This document shows, one piece after another, positions 26,517-35,663 of a DNA stretch of 64,000 nt. The DNA is taken from IMG/VR virus record IMGVR_UViG_3300041402_000314, positions 124,001 to 188,000 of that record; one strand, 5' to 3'. The translations under genes and the position numbers were made by a program. Positions within the stretch are counted from its first letter, which is position 1. The number at the start of each line of letters is the position of its first letter. The notes beneath the pieces were generated by a model, which searched no databases, was not told the origin of the DNA, and saw only the letters and a program-made list of their open reading frames with translations.

Positions 26517-26878
26517 GCTTTATTTTCAATTTCCCTTATGGAATGTTCCATACTTTTAATTCCATTATTGTTTTCTTTTCTTATCTCGAAGAAATTTTCC
26601 ATCGACAAATCTCTATACATTAAAAGTCTAGCATATATTGAGGTGAAGTCATTATTAATTTTGAATACATCACCTGTTGTTTTTAAGTCCTGATTAAATC
26701 TAATTACATATATAATAGCTTGGGCAGAATATTTCTTTCTACCTGCTTTCTTCATTTTATATGCTAGTTGTTTAAATTCCTTAAAGATATGTGGATTTTC
26801 TTGGTGGAATTCTTTAAACCGTTTTAAGGTCCTTTTTGAATAATGTCCAAATAACCCATTCCATTTTTCGTCTTTCAT
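26513..26878 (-). CDS. Phage hypothetical protein, paralog of 33332-33706
   Basis: F..FH.ENP.I...F...A......GRK.YS....IR.....FKINND....YARL...FF. Confidence 0.7.
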   Translation of the reverse strand: MKDEKWNGLFGHYSKRTLKRFKEFHQENPHIFKEFKQLAYKMKKAGRKKYSAQAIIYVIRFNQDLKTTGDVFKINNDFTSIYARLLMYRDLSMENFFEIRKENNNGIKSMEHSIREIENKA

Positions 26879-26897
26879 TTTATTTCTCCCTTGGTTA

Positions 26898-27128
26898 TTA
26901 ATGTTTCACATACTGATTATAATGTACTATGTCAAAATAAGGAATCCATCTTGTAAACTCACAACCGCAATCTATTCCTATTAGTGGCAACCTCTCAGGG
27001 TCTAAACTTACAACTTTACCAATATATTCTGGCCTGTCTTGACAATCATAAGTTTTTCTGGAAAAATGCTTTACGCTATCACCGATATTTAATTCGATGT
27101 CGTTTCTGTCTGATGTTTTCATTACCAA
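26898..27128 (-). CDS. Hypothetical protein
   Basis: ORF track. Confidence 0.55.
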   Translation of the reverse strand: MVMKTSDRNDIELNIGDSVKHFSRKTYDCQDRPEYIGKVVSLDPERLPLIGIDCGCEFTRWIPYFDIVHYNQYVKH

Positions 27129-27169
27129 TCTCCTATCTCTATTGAAGTTAACTCCGACTTACTGATTAC

Positions 27170-27222
27170 ATCATATCAAGCCCTACTAAAAAAGTCAAGA
27201 AAAAAAGTTAGGTGTATAAATA
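27170..27222. promoter_or_regulatory. Back-to-back early (-) and late (+) promoters
   Basis: TTGACT-17-TATGAT on - (27170-27198); TATAAATA on + (27215-27222). Confidence 0.7.
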
Positions 27223-27242
27223 ATTATAGATTATAGGAGAAT

Positions 27243-28868
27243 ATGGCTAAAAAAGATTATTATTTGGACGAAGAGGGAAACCCTGTTTTACCGTCCAATA
27301 CAACATTACTTCCCAAAATCGCGCGATACGATGGCAAGCCTAAAATCAAACGTGCTGGCATTAAAATGGAGCTTACTAGAGATCAGCTAGAAGAGATGGC
27401 TAAATGCTCTGCTGACGTAGAATACTTCATGTCAAGATATTGTTATATCGTTCACCCAGACAAGGGTAAACATAATATAGAGCTATATCCTTTTCAGTAT
27501 GACTTTGTTAATCACCTAAGAGATAATAGATTTTCTATTGTATTGGCTCCCAGACAATGCGGTAAATCTACAATTACTGCAATGTATGTACTCCACTATA
27601 TTCTTTTCAATGATGATAAGAAAGCTATTATCATGGCTAACAAGCTAAAGATAGCCAAAGAGATATTCCAGAAAGTTAGGATTGCCTATGAGTATCTACC
27701 GATTTTCCTTCAGGCTGGTGTCGTAGAATGGGCAAAGACTAGCTGTACCCTAGAGAATGGTTCTGGATGTTCTGCTGAAGCGACTAGCGCAGACGGTATG
27801 AGGGGTATATCTGGAAACCTTATTATCCTTGATGAGTTTGCTTTCCTCAAGAAGAATATAGCTGATGAATTCTTTACATCCATGTATCCGACTATATCAG
27901 CATCCAAAGAGGCGAAACTTATAATCATCTCTACTCCGAATGGTATGAACCACTATCATTCGATATGGAATAAAGCGGTTAAAAAGAAGAATACATTTGC
28001 GCCATTCAAGGTTAAATGGAATGATGTACCTGATCGTGATGAAGATTTCAAAGAAGAAACAATTAAGAATATTGGTAAGCTTAAATGGAATCAGGAATAT
28101 GAGTGTTCCTTTATAGGTAGTTCTAAAACATTAATTAAACCAGAAATTCTTGAGCAGTTAGAATCCGCAGACCCTATAGAGATTATAGATAACTGTTTTA
28201 AGATATACGAACAACCTATTGCTGGAAATACCTATGTTGTAGGTGCAGACTCCGCTAAAGGTACTGGTGGTGATTATTCTGTTTCTCAAGTCATAGATAT
28301 TACAGCCTTTCCATTTAGACAAGTTGCCGTCTATAGGAATAATGAGATAAGCACAAATAAGTATGGTGATAAAGTATATGAAATAGCTATGAAGTATAAT
28401 GAAGCTTTTGTCATGTGCGAGAATAACGATGTCGGTCAAGCAGTAGTGAATAAATTATGGCATGACTTAGAATACGAGAATCTAGTCAACTATGCTGCTA
28501 CTAAAGCTGGTAGAAAAGATATAGGTATTAGAGCTACCAAGAAAACTAAATCTATGGGATGTGATCTACTTCAGGAATTCTTTGAGGATTTCTTAATAGA
28601 GATATTTGACTTAGATACCATATATGAAATATCTAAATTCGAGGAAACATCTACTGGTATATTCAAGGCAGAAGATGGAGAACATGACGATACTGTTATG
28701 GCTCTTCTCTGGGCATTGTTTATTATAAAGACTAATTATATTGACCGAGAAGATGATATCAGGGCTTCTAGGGATAGTGATGAAGACCAATATGATGATG
28801 AACCACTAGCACCCATCATAATCGATGGGGCTGGTGAAGAAGACGGTAATTTTTTATTCCATAACTAA
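27243..28868 (+). CDS. terL: Terminase large subunit, T4 gp17-like
   Basis: Walker A APRQCGKST, Walker B LIILDEFAF, STPNG.NH, QEYEC.F, nuclease GAD...G.G.DYS and HDD.VMA. Confidence 0.95.
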   Translation: MAKKDYYLDEEGNPVLPSNTTLLPKIARYDGKPKIKRAGIKMELTRDQLEEMAKCSADVEYFMSRYCYIVHPDKGKHNIELYPFQYDFVNHLRDNRFSIVLAPRQCGKSTITAMYVLHYILFNDDKKAIIMANKLKIAKEIFQKVRIAYEYLPIFLQAGVVEWAKTSCTLENGSGCSAEATSADGMRGISGNLIILDEFAFLKKNIADEFFTSMYPTISASKEAKLIIISTPNGMNHYHSIWNKAVKKKNTFAPFKVKWNDVPDRDEDFKEETIKNIGKLKWNQEYECSFIGSSKTLIKPEILEQLESADPIEIIDNCFKIYEQPIAGNTYVVGADSAKGTGGDYSVSQVIDITAFPFRQVAVYRNNEISTNKYGDKVYEIAMKYNEAFVMCENNDVGQAVVNKLWHDLEYENLVNYAATKAGRKDIGIRATKKTKSMGCDLLQEFFEDFLIEIFDLDTIYEISKFEETSTGIFKAEDGEHDDTVMALLWALFIIKTNYIDREDDIRASRDSDEDQYDDEPLAPIIIDGAGEEDGNFLFHN

Positions 28869-28881
28869 AAGGAGAAATAAA

Positions 28882-28980
28882 ATGTTTTATTGTAAACTAT
28901 GTACAACCACTTTTAATCTGTTGGGTGACTCATCTAGTATTGCATTGATACTATGTGCGACTTTAACAGTATTAGGATAA
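28882..28980 (+). CDS. 32-aa hydrophobic peptide
   Basis: Strong RBS AAAGGAG; MFYCKLC...IALILCATLTVLG. Confidence 0.35.
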   Translation: MFYCKLCTTTFNLLGDSSSIALILCATLTVLG

Positions 28981-29220
28981 CGTTTTAGTTTTACTGATAT
29001 GATCTTCCAATAACTCATAAGCCTTTTTTAAATTATCTAAAAGAGGCTTATGAGATGGAGTCATAATATAGAGTTCCTTACTATCGGAAGTCTCAGGGAT
29101 AACTACGTTTAACGCATTATCTGGACAGCCTTTAATTTCAGCATTAATGCTATTGGCTAGTTTCTTTAAATTAGTGATAGCTTCTAAGGCTTCACTAGCC
29201 TTTTCTTTTCCTGTTTTCAT
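28972..29220 (-). CDS. Hypothetical protein
   Basis: ORF track. Confidence 0.55.
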   Translation of the reverse strand: MKTGKEKASEALEAITNLKKLANSINAEIKGCPDNALNVVIPETSDSKELYIMTPSHKPLLDNLKKAYELLEDHISKTKTLS

Positions 29221-29792
29221 TACTGCTCCTTTGGTATCTTGAGAATCACTTTCATATAGGGTGTATCTCCATCTTTACATAAAAGATTTTCCACTATATA
29301 GTCCATAGTTTCTACATTACACGCGAGATAGTTTTGTATTCCGTCAAAAAGATGAGCCTGTTCTATCACTATAGTTTCTACGTTCTCATCCTCATCTTCA
29401 ACTGGCGGTCTGGTTCTCTTCCATCCATTTTTCCCATGAATGATTTCTTTATCTACTTTACTGATATATCCAGTTATTCCAATTGTACGCAAACCATTAA
29501 CACTATCACAGATAGTAAATAATAGTGCGCCAGATTTTTCCCATAGTTCACCCTCATTATCAGGTCTGATTTCTCTCTCTTTATAATAAGGTCGCCAACC
29601 AGCATTGTTTATATTACTCAATCCTATAGGTTCTCTTCTGACATCACCAAATCTATCAAACCAATATACTGCATCATTATGAAAATCTTTTCTAGCATAT
29701 AGATTTTCATAATCTGATAAAATTGCCTTTCCAGTTTCTTCTAAAGCGGATTCTATATTCATGATACTAATTTTTTCCTCGTAGCGTCCCAA
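29220..29792 (-). CDS. Member of a three-copy paralog family
   Basis: MNIESALEETGKA, PY..EREIRPDNEGELWEK, IHGKNGW. Confidence 0.65.
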   Translation of the reverse strand: MGRYEEKISIMNIESALEETGKAILSDYENLYARKDFHNDAVYWFDRFGDVRREPIGLSNINNAGWRPYYKEREIRPDNEGELWEKSGALLFTICDSVNGLRTIGITGYISKVDKEIIHGKNGWKRTRPPVEDEDENVETIVIEQAHLFDGIQNYLACNVETMDYIVENLLCKDGDTPYMKVILKIPKEQ

Positions 29793-30175
29793 TATGAATC
29801 GCGATAACCAGTATCACAATAATAATCATTAGATTGAACTTTGGAGAATATCTGACTGATTTTAATATCATTCGAACCAAGGATATTGATAAACCAATTA
29901 CCTTCTTTCGTTTCAGGTAGAGCAGACTCAATCTTTTTCCAAAGTAGATACTTATTCACATGTATATTATACTCATCGTCACGATAAGCGTCATAGAGAG
30001 CAAGTATATTCTTAACCGAGGCATCGGGTACAGTTAGAACCGTTCGGTTCTTCTCCTGCAATCTACGGGCTTCTATTTCCTGTTCCCTCTTTTCTATTCT
30101 AGCCTGTATTTCTGCTTTTTGTTTTGCTTTCTCTTTTCTCTTCTTCTGTACATATTTAAAGATCATCGGTTCCAT
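29759..30175 (-). CDS. Hypothetical protein
   Basis: ORF track. Confidence 0.55.
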   Translation of the reverse strand: MEPMIFKYVQKKRKEKAKQKAEIQARIEKREQEIEARRLQEKNRTVLTVPDASVKNILALYDAYRDDEYNIHVNKYLLWKKIESALPETKEGNWFINILGSNDIKISQIFSKVQSNDYYCDTGYRDSYWDATRKKLVS

Positions 30176-30819
30176 TCCTCCACTTGTCTTAAAATTTCAA
30201 TAGCAATTCCTTCTTTTTCCATACAGGTTGTTGCGCCTTCATTAGTTACGATATGAGCGACATGACAATTTTCTCTAATCATTTCCTCTTTATCATTGGT
30301 AACAACCATATCACAGCCATTTTTATCTATAGATTCATACCCAAGATTAACTAGCTCTCTATAAGACGCTCCTACCTCAAACTTAAACCCAACAAGGTAA
30401 GCTTCTGGATTCCATTTCTTTATATAGGAAATCACCTTTGGAGTCTTTCTGATATTATCTCTCATATAATCTATGAAAGCATCAGCATCATTAGACTTCA
30501 CCTTAACAGGATTCTCTCTATTGAATGTGAAATCGGATACAGCCATAGCATGGATAATAACATCAGCTTTGGGAACATATCTTTCCATTTTCTCCATAAG
30601 GTCTTTAGTGTCTTTAACATCAATAAACCATAGTCTTTCATCGTTATAATACGGGTTTGGTAATATGGAATTTCTACCATGTATAAAAAATACATCATGT
30701 CCGTCTTTCAAAAATGTTTCAGCTATAATAGCACCTAATTTCCCTGTACTGATATTAGTAAGGACTCGGACATCATCGATATATTCAGTTGTCCCACCAG
30801 ATGTAATTAATATTTTCAT
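30163..30819 (-). CDS. coaB: Phosphopantothenate-cysteine ligase (CoaB-like)
   Basis: ITSGGT.EYID.VR..TN.STG.LG, IHAMAVSDF, LVGFKFE, CD..V.ND. Confidence 0.85.
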   Translation of the reverse strand: MKILITSGGTTEYIDDVRVLTNISTGKLGAIIAETFLKDGHDVFFIHGRNSILPNPYYNDERLWFIDVKDTKDLMEKMERYVPKADVIIHAMAVSDFTFNRENPVKVKSNDADAFIDYMRDNIRKTPKVISYIKKWNPEAYLVGFKFEVGASYRELVNLGYESIDKNGCDMVVTNDKEEMIRENCHVAHIVTNEGATTCMEKEGIAIEILRQVEEWNR

Positions 30820-31376
30820 CGTTGCCTCGCTATGTCTATTAGGATTTGTGTAGGGTCTACCAGATAATCTGGTAGATGCTCACCAAGTTTCCAAGGTATA
30901 CCAGTAGTCATATAGGATTTAAGAGCTAAGTGAAGCATAGTCGTAGGCCGACCCTTATCTGTTTTCAACACTCTTCTAACGTCACCTAGATATGTTCCAG
31001 TTACAACCCTATCTCCTATCTTTAACATCCTATCTATTTTTATTTCACCATAACAGAATATACCAGACTCCCCTCTAATGTATATTCCTTCGGTCTCTTC
31101 CCACCAAGGACAATCAGCATTGGCTCCAGTGAAAGCCTCCATCAGAACTACTGTACCGTCTTCAATAGAATATACTGGCGTATGCTCTGGACAATATAAA
31201 TCTATTCCTTTATGGATATCATGTTTTCTATCGACTCCAAATGCGCCTACATGACTATCTACAGGAATTTCTACCTCTTTCGTTATATCGATATCTTGGA
31301 AACTCATCGAATTTCCAGTAATACCCTTATATATCATATTTAGTGGAAATGTCTTATTCATAAAACTCATCCTCAT
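30816..31376 (-). CDS. M23-family metallopeptidase
   Basis: HKGIDL..P..TPVY....GTV and HL motif. Confidence 0.8.
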   Translation of the reverse strand: MRMSFMNKTFPLNMIYKGITGNSMSFQDIDITKEVEIPVDSHVGAFGVDRKHDIHKGIDLYCPEHTPVYSIEDGTVVLMEAFTGANADCPWWEETEGIYIRGESGIFCYGEIKIDRMLKIGDRVVTGTYLGDVRRVLKTDKGRPTTMLHLALKSYMTTGIPWKLGEHLPDYLVDPTQILIDIARQR

Positions 31377-31899
31377 TTTTCATAATTTCAGAGACTATAA
31401 CATCTACTGGAGCCAACTTACCTCTCCCTATATCTCCACACGCAAGACGGCCTTCTACTGGACGAATTATAACAATCCCATCCTCGATAAGCCGATCTAT
31501 ATTTCTTTTATTAGCTGGAGCATAATACATAACTGTATTCATGGCAGGACAGACTATAACAAATCTCTTTTTCATAGCCATATATGTCGTGCTGATCAGA
31601 TCATCGGCTATACCATTTGCCATCTTACCGATAATATTGGCAGTAGCAGGAGCTATGACCATTTTATGCGCCCACTCTTGAGCGTATTGTATATGAGATA
31701 TTTCACCGTTACTATCATCGAAGGTATTAGTAATGACACCCTCACCAGACAATGCAGCCAAAGTACATTCACCTATCATATATTTGGCATTCTCCGACAT
31801 CATAACTTTCACATTACAATCATTCTTTCTGAGTAGGTTAATAAGGTCACATGCCTTGTATGCTGATATGCTACTGGTAACTGCTAAAAGTATGTTCAT
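31354..31899 (-). CDS. coaC: Phosphopantothenoylcysteine decarboxylase (CoaC-like HFCD flavoprotein)
   Basis: SISAYKA, HI......IAPATAN.IGKMANGIADDL, PAMN..M, LACGD.G.GKL. Confidence 0.9.
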   Translation of the reverse strand: MNILLAVTSSISAYKACDLINLLRKNDCNVKVMMSENAKYMIGECTLAALSGEGVITNTFDDSNGEISHIQYAQEWAHKMVIAPATANIIGKMANGIADDLISTTYMAMKKRFVIVCPAMNTVMYYAPANKRNIDRLIEDGIVIIRPVEGRLACGDIGRGKLAPVDVIVSEIMKNEDEFYE

Positions 31900-31901
31900 T
31901 C

Positions 31902-32183
31902 TTACTCCTCAAATAAATTATAACATTTTGGTCTGTTAGCTAGGTCTGATAATACATCACCATGACAACTATTTGGCTTACACCAACACCCTAATATTTT
32001 ACCCTCTAGTTCTGGTAAGGAATTCATGAGGTCTGGTTGATCGAGAATCCAAGCCCTATATTTATCAATGACTTCCTTTCTGGTTCCGTCCTTACCTATG
32101 ATAAATGGATTACTCCACTTAGAAGGTCGGCCTATATAAAGATCGAATCTATCCTTCTCACAATGGACTACTAAATTATCCAC
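31902..32183 (-). CDS. DUF4326-like protein
   Basis: YIGRPSKW.NPF.IGKDGTR.EVI.KY...L.GK.LGCWCKP..CHGDVL. Confidence 0.85.
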   Translation of the reverse strand: MDNLVVHCEKDRFDLYIGRPSKWSNPFIIGKDGTRKEVIDKYRAWILDQPDLMNSLPELEGKILGCWCKPNSCHGDVLSDLANRPKCYNLFEE

Positions 32184-32781
32184 GTTCTACTTTTTCACAA
32201 TCATCGACCACTATTAAAGACACCTCATCATCTACAATATATCTATTCTTGTCTTCGAACCCCCATCCATACTCTATATCTTCTATGCCAATTATTCTAT
32301 ATGCTCTGCCTATTTTATCTTTATACCAAAAATTATCATTCGAACAATCTGTTATTTTTACCCAGAAAGGAAATTCAGGTTCCATATTCTCCAAAACCCT
32401 ATCAGCATATTCCTTCATTGATTCCTCTACGGCTGGACAGAGACGTGTCCATCCATTTTTACCATGAATAACATCTGACCCTAACTCTTTATTATTTCCA
32501 TCAACAAAGCATATGTCATCAACGCAATATTTGACAGTAAAATATTTATTACCATCTTTCTCCCACATTTCTTCTGCATCTTCTGGCCTTATCTTTTCAT
32601 CTTCGACATAAGGCAACCACTCGGTATTCATTATGGGATGTATAGATACCCTAAACGTCTTTTCATTAGTCCCATAATTAAACCAATAAAGGTCATCTTC
32701 GAATATAGTAACATATCCACCACAATCATCATTCACTGGAATAGCTTTCCCTGTTGGTATCAGGGCATCTTTAATATTCAT
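32176..32781 (-). CDS. Member of a three-copy paralog family (different C-terminus)
   Basis: MNIKDALIPTGKA, IRPEDAEEMWEK, IHGKNGW. Confidence 0.65.
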   Translation of the reverse strand: MNIKDALIPTGKAIPVNDDCGGYVTIFEDDLYWFNYGTNEKTFRVSIHPIMNTEWLPYVEDEKIRPEDAEEMWEKDGNKYFTVKYCVDDICFVDGNNKELGSDVIHGKNGWTRLCPAVEESMKEYADRVLENMEPEFPFWVKITDCSNDNFWYKDKIGRAYRIIGIEDIEYGWGFEDKNRYIVDDEVSLIVVDDCEKVERG

Positions 32782-33332
32782 TTCTTCTCCTCCGCTGGTA
32801 TTATGAGTATCATTTTCATAGGTGGTTTCATGGTTAATTCAGTATGTTGAAAGTAAGTCATATCACTTTTTGAATTGACTAAATCAGGATAGAAATAGAC
32901 TTCATTATGGATTTCTTTTCTTTTCCATTTTACCCCTTCAATCTCTATCCTCTCCACATTCTCATCTTTTACTTTGGGATATTCACGAATCCAACCGTCT
33001 TTGCTATGAATAGCCCTTGCTATACCCGTAACGCTCTGACCACTCTCGTTAACGAACTCTAATGAAGCACCAGAAATCCGAATAGTAAAATATTTATAAG
33101 CACCTCTCTTCCATAATTCAAATGCATTCTCAGGAACTATCTCTTCGACTTCATGGTATGGTTCCCAATCACCTTCTAAGATATCTAAGTGTCCGACTTC
33201 TCTATCACAAGCTCCTGATCTTACATCCACCCACCAAAGAGTATCATCAAACCATTTAACATATTCAACTTTTTCACCATCCAATACCAATACTACTTTC
33301 CCTGTTGGTTCTAAAGCATCTTTAATATCCAT
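32778..33332 (-). CDS. Member of a three-copy paralog family
   Basis: MDIKDALEPTGKV, EIVPENAFELWKR, IHSKDGW. Confidence 0.65.
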   Translation of the reverse strand: MDIKDALEPTGKVVLVLDGEKVEYVKWFDDTLWWVDVRSGACDREVGHLDILEGDWEPYHEVEEIVPENAFELWKRGAYKYFTIRISGASLEFVNESGQSVTGIARAIHSKDGWIREYPKVKDENVERIEIEGVKWKRKEIHNEVYFYPDLVNSKSDMTYFQHTELTMKPPMKMILIIPAEEKK

Positions 33333-33706
33333 TATTTCCCTCTCACTCTTTTCATTTTCTTAAATTTAAAGAATCCATACATTTCAGGATTTCTATATAC
33401 AACCAATCTAGCATATAAGGCTATCAGATCATTAGATAGCTTGAACTCACTACCTTGAGTCTCTATAGTCGTATACCATCTTATTCTTTGAGCAACCGCC
33501 CAATGACTATAGTGTTTCCTGCCTGTTTTAAATGCTTCTAAGGAAAACTTTTCAAATGATTTATAGATATCAGGATTCTTCTTATGATATCCCATAAAGG
33601 TTTTCATAAGCCCTTTATCTGCACCACCAAACAATTCCTGTTTTAATGTCAATCTCTCATTGGAGACTTTCATTTCTTCTCCAGAAGTTTTTGTGCGCCC
33701 ATCCAT
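33332..33706 (-). CDS. Phage hypothetical protein, paralog of 26513-26878
   Basis: F..YHKKNP.IY..F...S....GRKHYS...IRW...FKLSND....YARL. Confidence 0.65.
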   Translation of the reverse strand: MDGRTKTSGEEMKVSNERLTLKQELFGGADKGLMKTFMGYHKKNPDIYKSFEKFSLEAFKTGRKHYSHWAVAQRIRWYTTIETQGSEFKLSNDLIALYARLVVYRNPEMYGFFKFKKMKRVRGK

Positions 33707-34059
33707 ATCTCTCTAGCCCAAAAACTCTTTTCTTTGGGGTCATGGGTACGTACCCATTTCGCATAAGGAGATTTTCTATTTTCACAAGGCATTTCCACAC
33801 ATTCTATTTTAGGATAAGACCATAGCTCATAAAGAGAACAATAAGCTTTACAATTCTTTTCATCCCCATCTACCATCGCCTTAGATTTTCTCCTTGTGAA
33901 TTCACAGCAAGAGCAACTACAATTCATATAGTCATACTTTCTCCATTCAGGCCAACTACTTTTTTGAGCCACTGGATTTTCCTCTAACCATTTCCATAGC
34001 TCAATAGTTATTTCAATTGATTTCTTTTTCGTCAGTCTATATTTTATAAATTCTTCCAT
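33670..34059 (-). CDS. Cys-rich hypothetical protein
   Basis: CSCSCCE...C...C...C pattern. Confidence 0.6.
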   Translation of the reverse strand: MEEFIKYRLTKKKSIEITIELWKWLEENPVAQKSSWPEWRKYDYMNCSCSCCEFTRRKSKAMVDGDEKNCKAYCSLYELWSYPKIECVEMPCENRKSPYAKWVRTHDPKEKSFWAREIWMGAQKLLEKK

Positions 34060-34283
34060 TAGTCTACTCCTTCAAAACATCCATAATCTTCCATAGCTTC
34101 TCTTAAAAGAAGATGTACCATAGGGTCAAAACTTTTATGAAGCATACCATAATATTTTATTATCTGTTTTGCGTCCACATCGCCTTCTTCTGCCTTTAGA
34201 CCAATCTTCTTACCATGTTCTATTAATATCGGAAGCGTTGATGCATCAAACATATCCCTGTCTATTTGCCAACTTGTATTCAT
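34059..34283 (-). CDS. Hypothetical protein
   Basis: ORF track. Confidence 0.55.
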   Translation of the reverse strand: MNTSWQIDRDMFDASTLPILIEHGKKIGLKAEEGDVDAKQIIKYYGMLHKSFDPMVHLLLREAMEDYGCFEGVD

Positions 34284-34447
34284 TTAGTCTCCCTTCAAAG
34301 CTTTCATAATTACTTCATATTCTGCTCTGGTTATACGACAACCAGAACACTTAATTGAATTACCCGAAGTCATTTTCTGTCTAAGGCTTTCTATTACATC
34401 TTCCTTAGTCAGTTCCTTATCTATTATATCACTCATCATAACCTCAT

Positions 34448-34476
34448 ATTATATCATTAAAAGAATTCTTTGTCAA
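34448..34476 (-). promoter_or_regulatory. Sigma70-type early promoter
   Basis: TTGACA-17-TATAAT on - strand. Confidence 0.65.
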
Positions 34477-34936
34477 TAACTGTTTCACCGTCTCTGATTC
34501 CCATCAAGAGTTTACCTAATAGATTCTTACCCTCAGTAAGGAGACAATTAATACACACACAATCGCCCCAGATATTATCATGCCAGTTATTCCATTCTAC
34601 TATCTCACCTTCGGTCTCATCCAGACGTTTACGCCATTCAGTACCTTCAGCGAATTTATGTCTGAGAGCCATCATCATAACACCTACTTTGATGTTCTCC
34701 CAATCATCTCTTATAATCAATTTACGTCCAGCTCTTTTAGATTTAGCTGCTGACATCTCACCAACGACTGATCTTAGATAACGGTCTTTTGTTTTCATGG
34801 ACTGATAGAATGCTTCGGGAGTTTTGGATACAATACCATCATAATCCATTGGTGTTTCAAATGGTTCAAAGTTACTAAACCAATTATATACGTAGCCATT
34901 TCTATAGGATATATTACTTGGAACTTTTCTTCTCAT
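34457..34936 (-). CDS. NADAR (YbiA-like) family protein
   Basis: FSNF, E.FYQ..K, K..GRK...R.DWE..K..VM..AL..KF, E.N.W.D..WG, G.NLLGKLLM..R. Confidence 0.9.
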   Translation of the reverse strand: MRRKVPSNISYRNGYVYNWFSNFEPFETPMDYDGIVSKTPEAFYQSMKTKDRYLRSVVGEMSAAKSKRAGRKLIIRDDWENIKVGVMMMALRHKFAEGTEWRKRLDETEGEIVEWNNWHDNIWGDCVCINCLLTEGKNLLGKLLMGIRDGETVIDKEFF

Positions 34937-35119
34937 TCAGTCTTCTCCCATTAACCAGCTTTTACATCTTTCCTCATCATGAATTATGACATTAAAGAAA
35001 TGGTCACGATCTCTCTTATATCTCTTTTCACATTCTTCAGAACAGGCAAAGTCACCATCAACACCTAAAAGAATAGCTCCGTATTCTGGTACATCTCCTT
35101 TACATACCCAACATTTCAT
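34937..35119 (-). CDS. Small Zn-binding protein (TRASH/YHS-like)
   Basis: CWVC...FACSEEC. Confidence 0.55.
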   Translation of the reverse strand: MKCWVCKGDVPEYGAILLGVDGDFACSEECEKRYKRDRDHFFNVIIHDEERCKSWLMGED

Positions 35120-35121
35120 TA

Positions 35122-35559
35122 TTACTCCTCGATCACATGTCTTTCAGTAAACAGCTCCATTGCCTTGTCCTGATCTTCCTGATAGAATATGATGGAGTCA
35201 GTAATCAAAAATAGATTACAAAGGAATTGGCCTAGTCTTATTTGAGGATGTTTAACAACATACTTAGTGAAATAAAGCTGGATAGCATCGGTATATTGTG
35301 TTTCATTGACTTTTGGATTCTCCATCATTATTCTCCATTCACAATCAGCATAGTGATTTTCGACTATACCATTAATTTCTGGTGCAGACCTTTTACAATC
35401 GGCACATCGCTGATATGGATTACCGCCACCAATTGGCTCGGAAGGATAATCAAAATTTAACTTTTTATCTTCAAACTTTTTGAATCTAACCTCGGCCTGA
35501 TAATCATCAGGATTAAAATGTCGGCTTTCCATATCACCACTCATAATACATTCCTCCAT
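35122..35559 (-). CDS. Hypothetical protein, first gene after an early promoter
   Basis: CADC...H...C motif; RBS GGAGG. Confidence 0.6.
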   Translation of the reverse strand: MEECIMSGDMESRHFNPDDYQAEVRFKKFEDKKLNFDYPSEPIGGGNPYQRCADCKRSAPEINGIVENHYADCEWRIMMENPKVNETQYTDAIQLYFTKYVVKHPQIRLGQFLCNLFLITDSIIFYQEDQDKAMELFTERHVIEE

Positions 35560-35571
35560 TATTTAAACCCT

Positions 35572-35623
35572 ATTATAACAGAATGGAACTCTTCTGTCAA
35601 GAAAAATCCTGAAAGTATAAATA
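35572..35623. promoter_or_regulatory. Back-to-back early (-) and late (+) promoters
   Basis: TTGACA-17-TATAAT on - (35572-35600); TATAAATA on + (35616-35623). Confidence 0.75.
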
Positions 35624-35663
35624 ATTAAAACATTAAGAACTATTATTTTAAGGAGATAGATTT

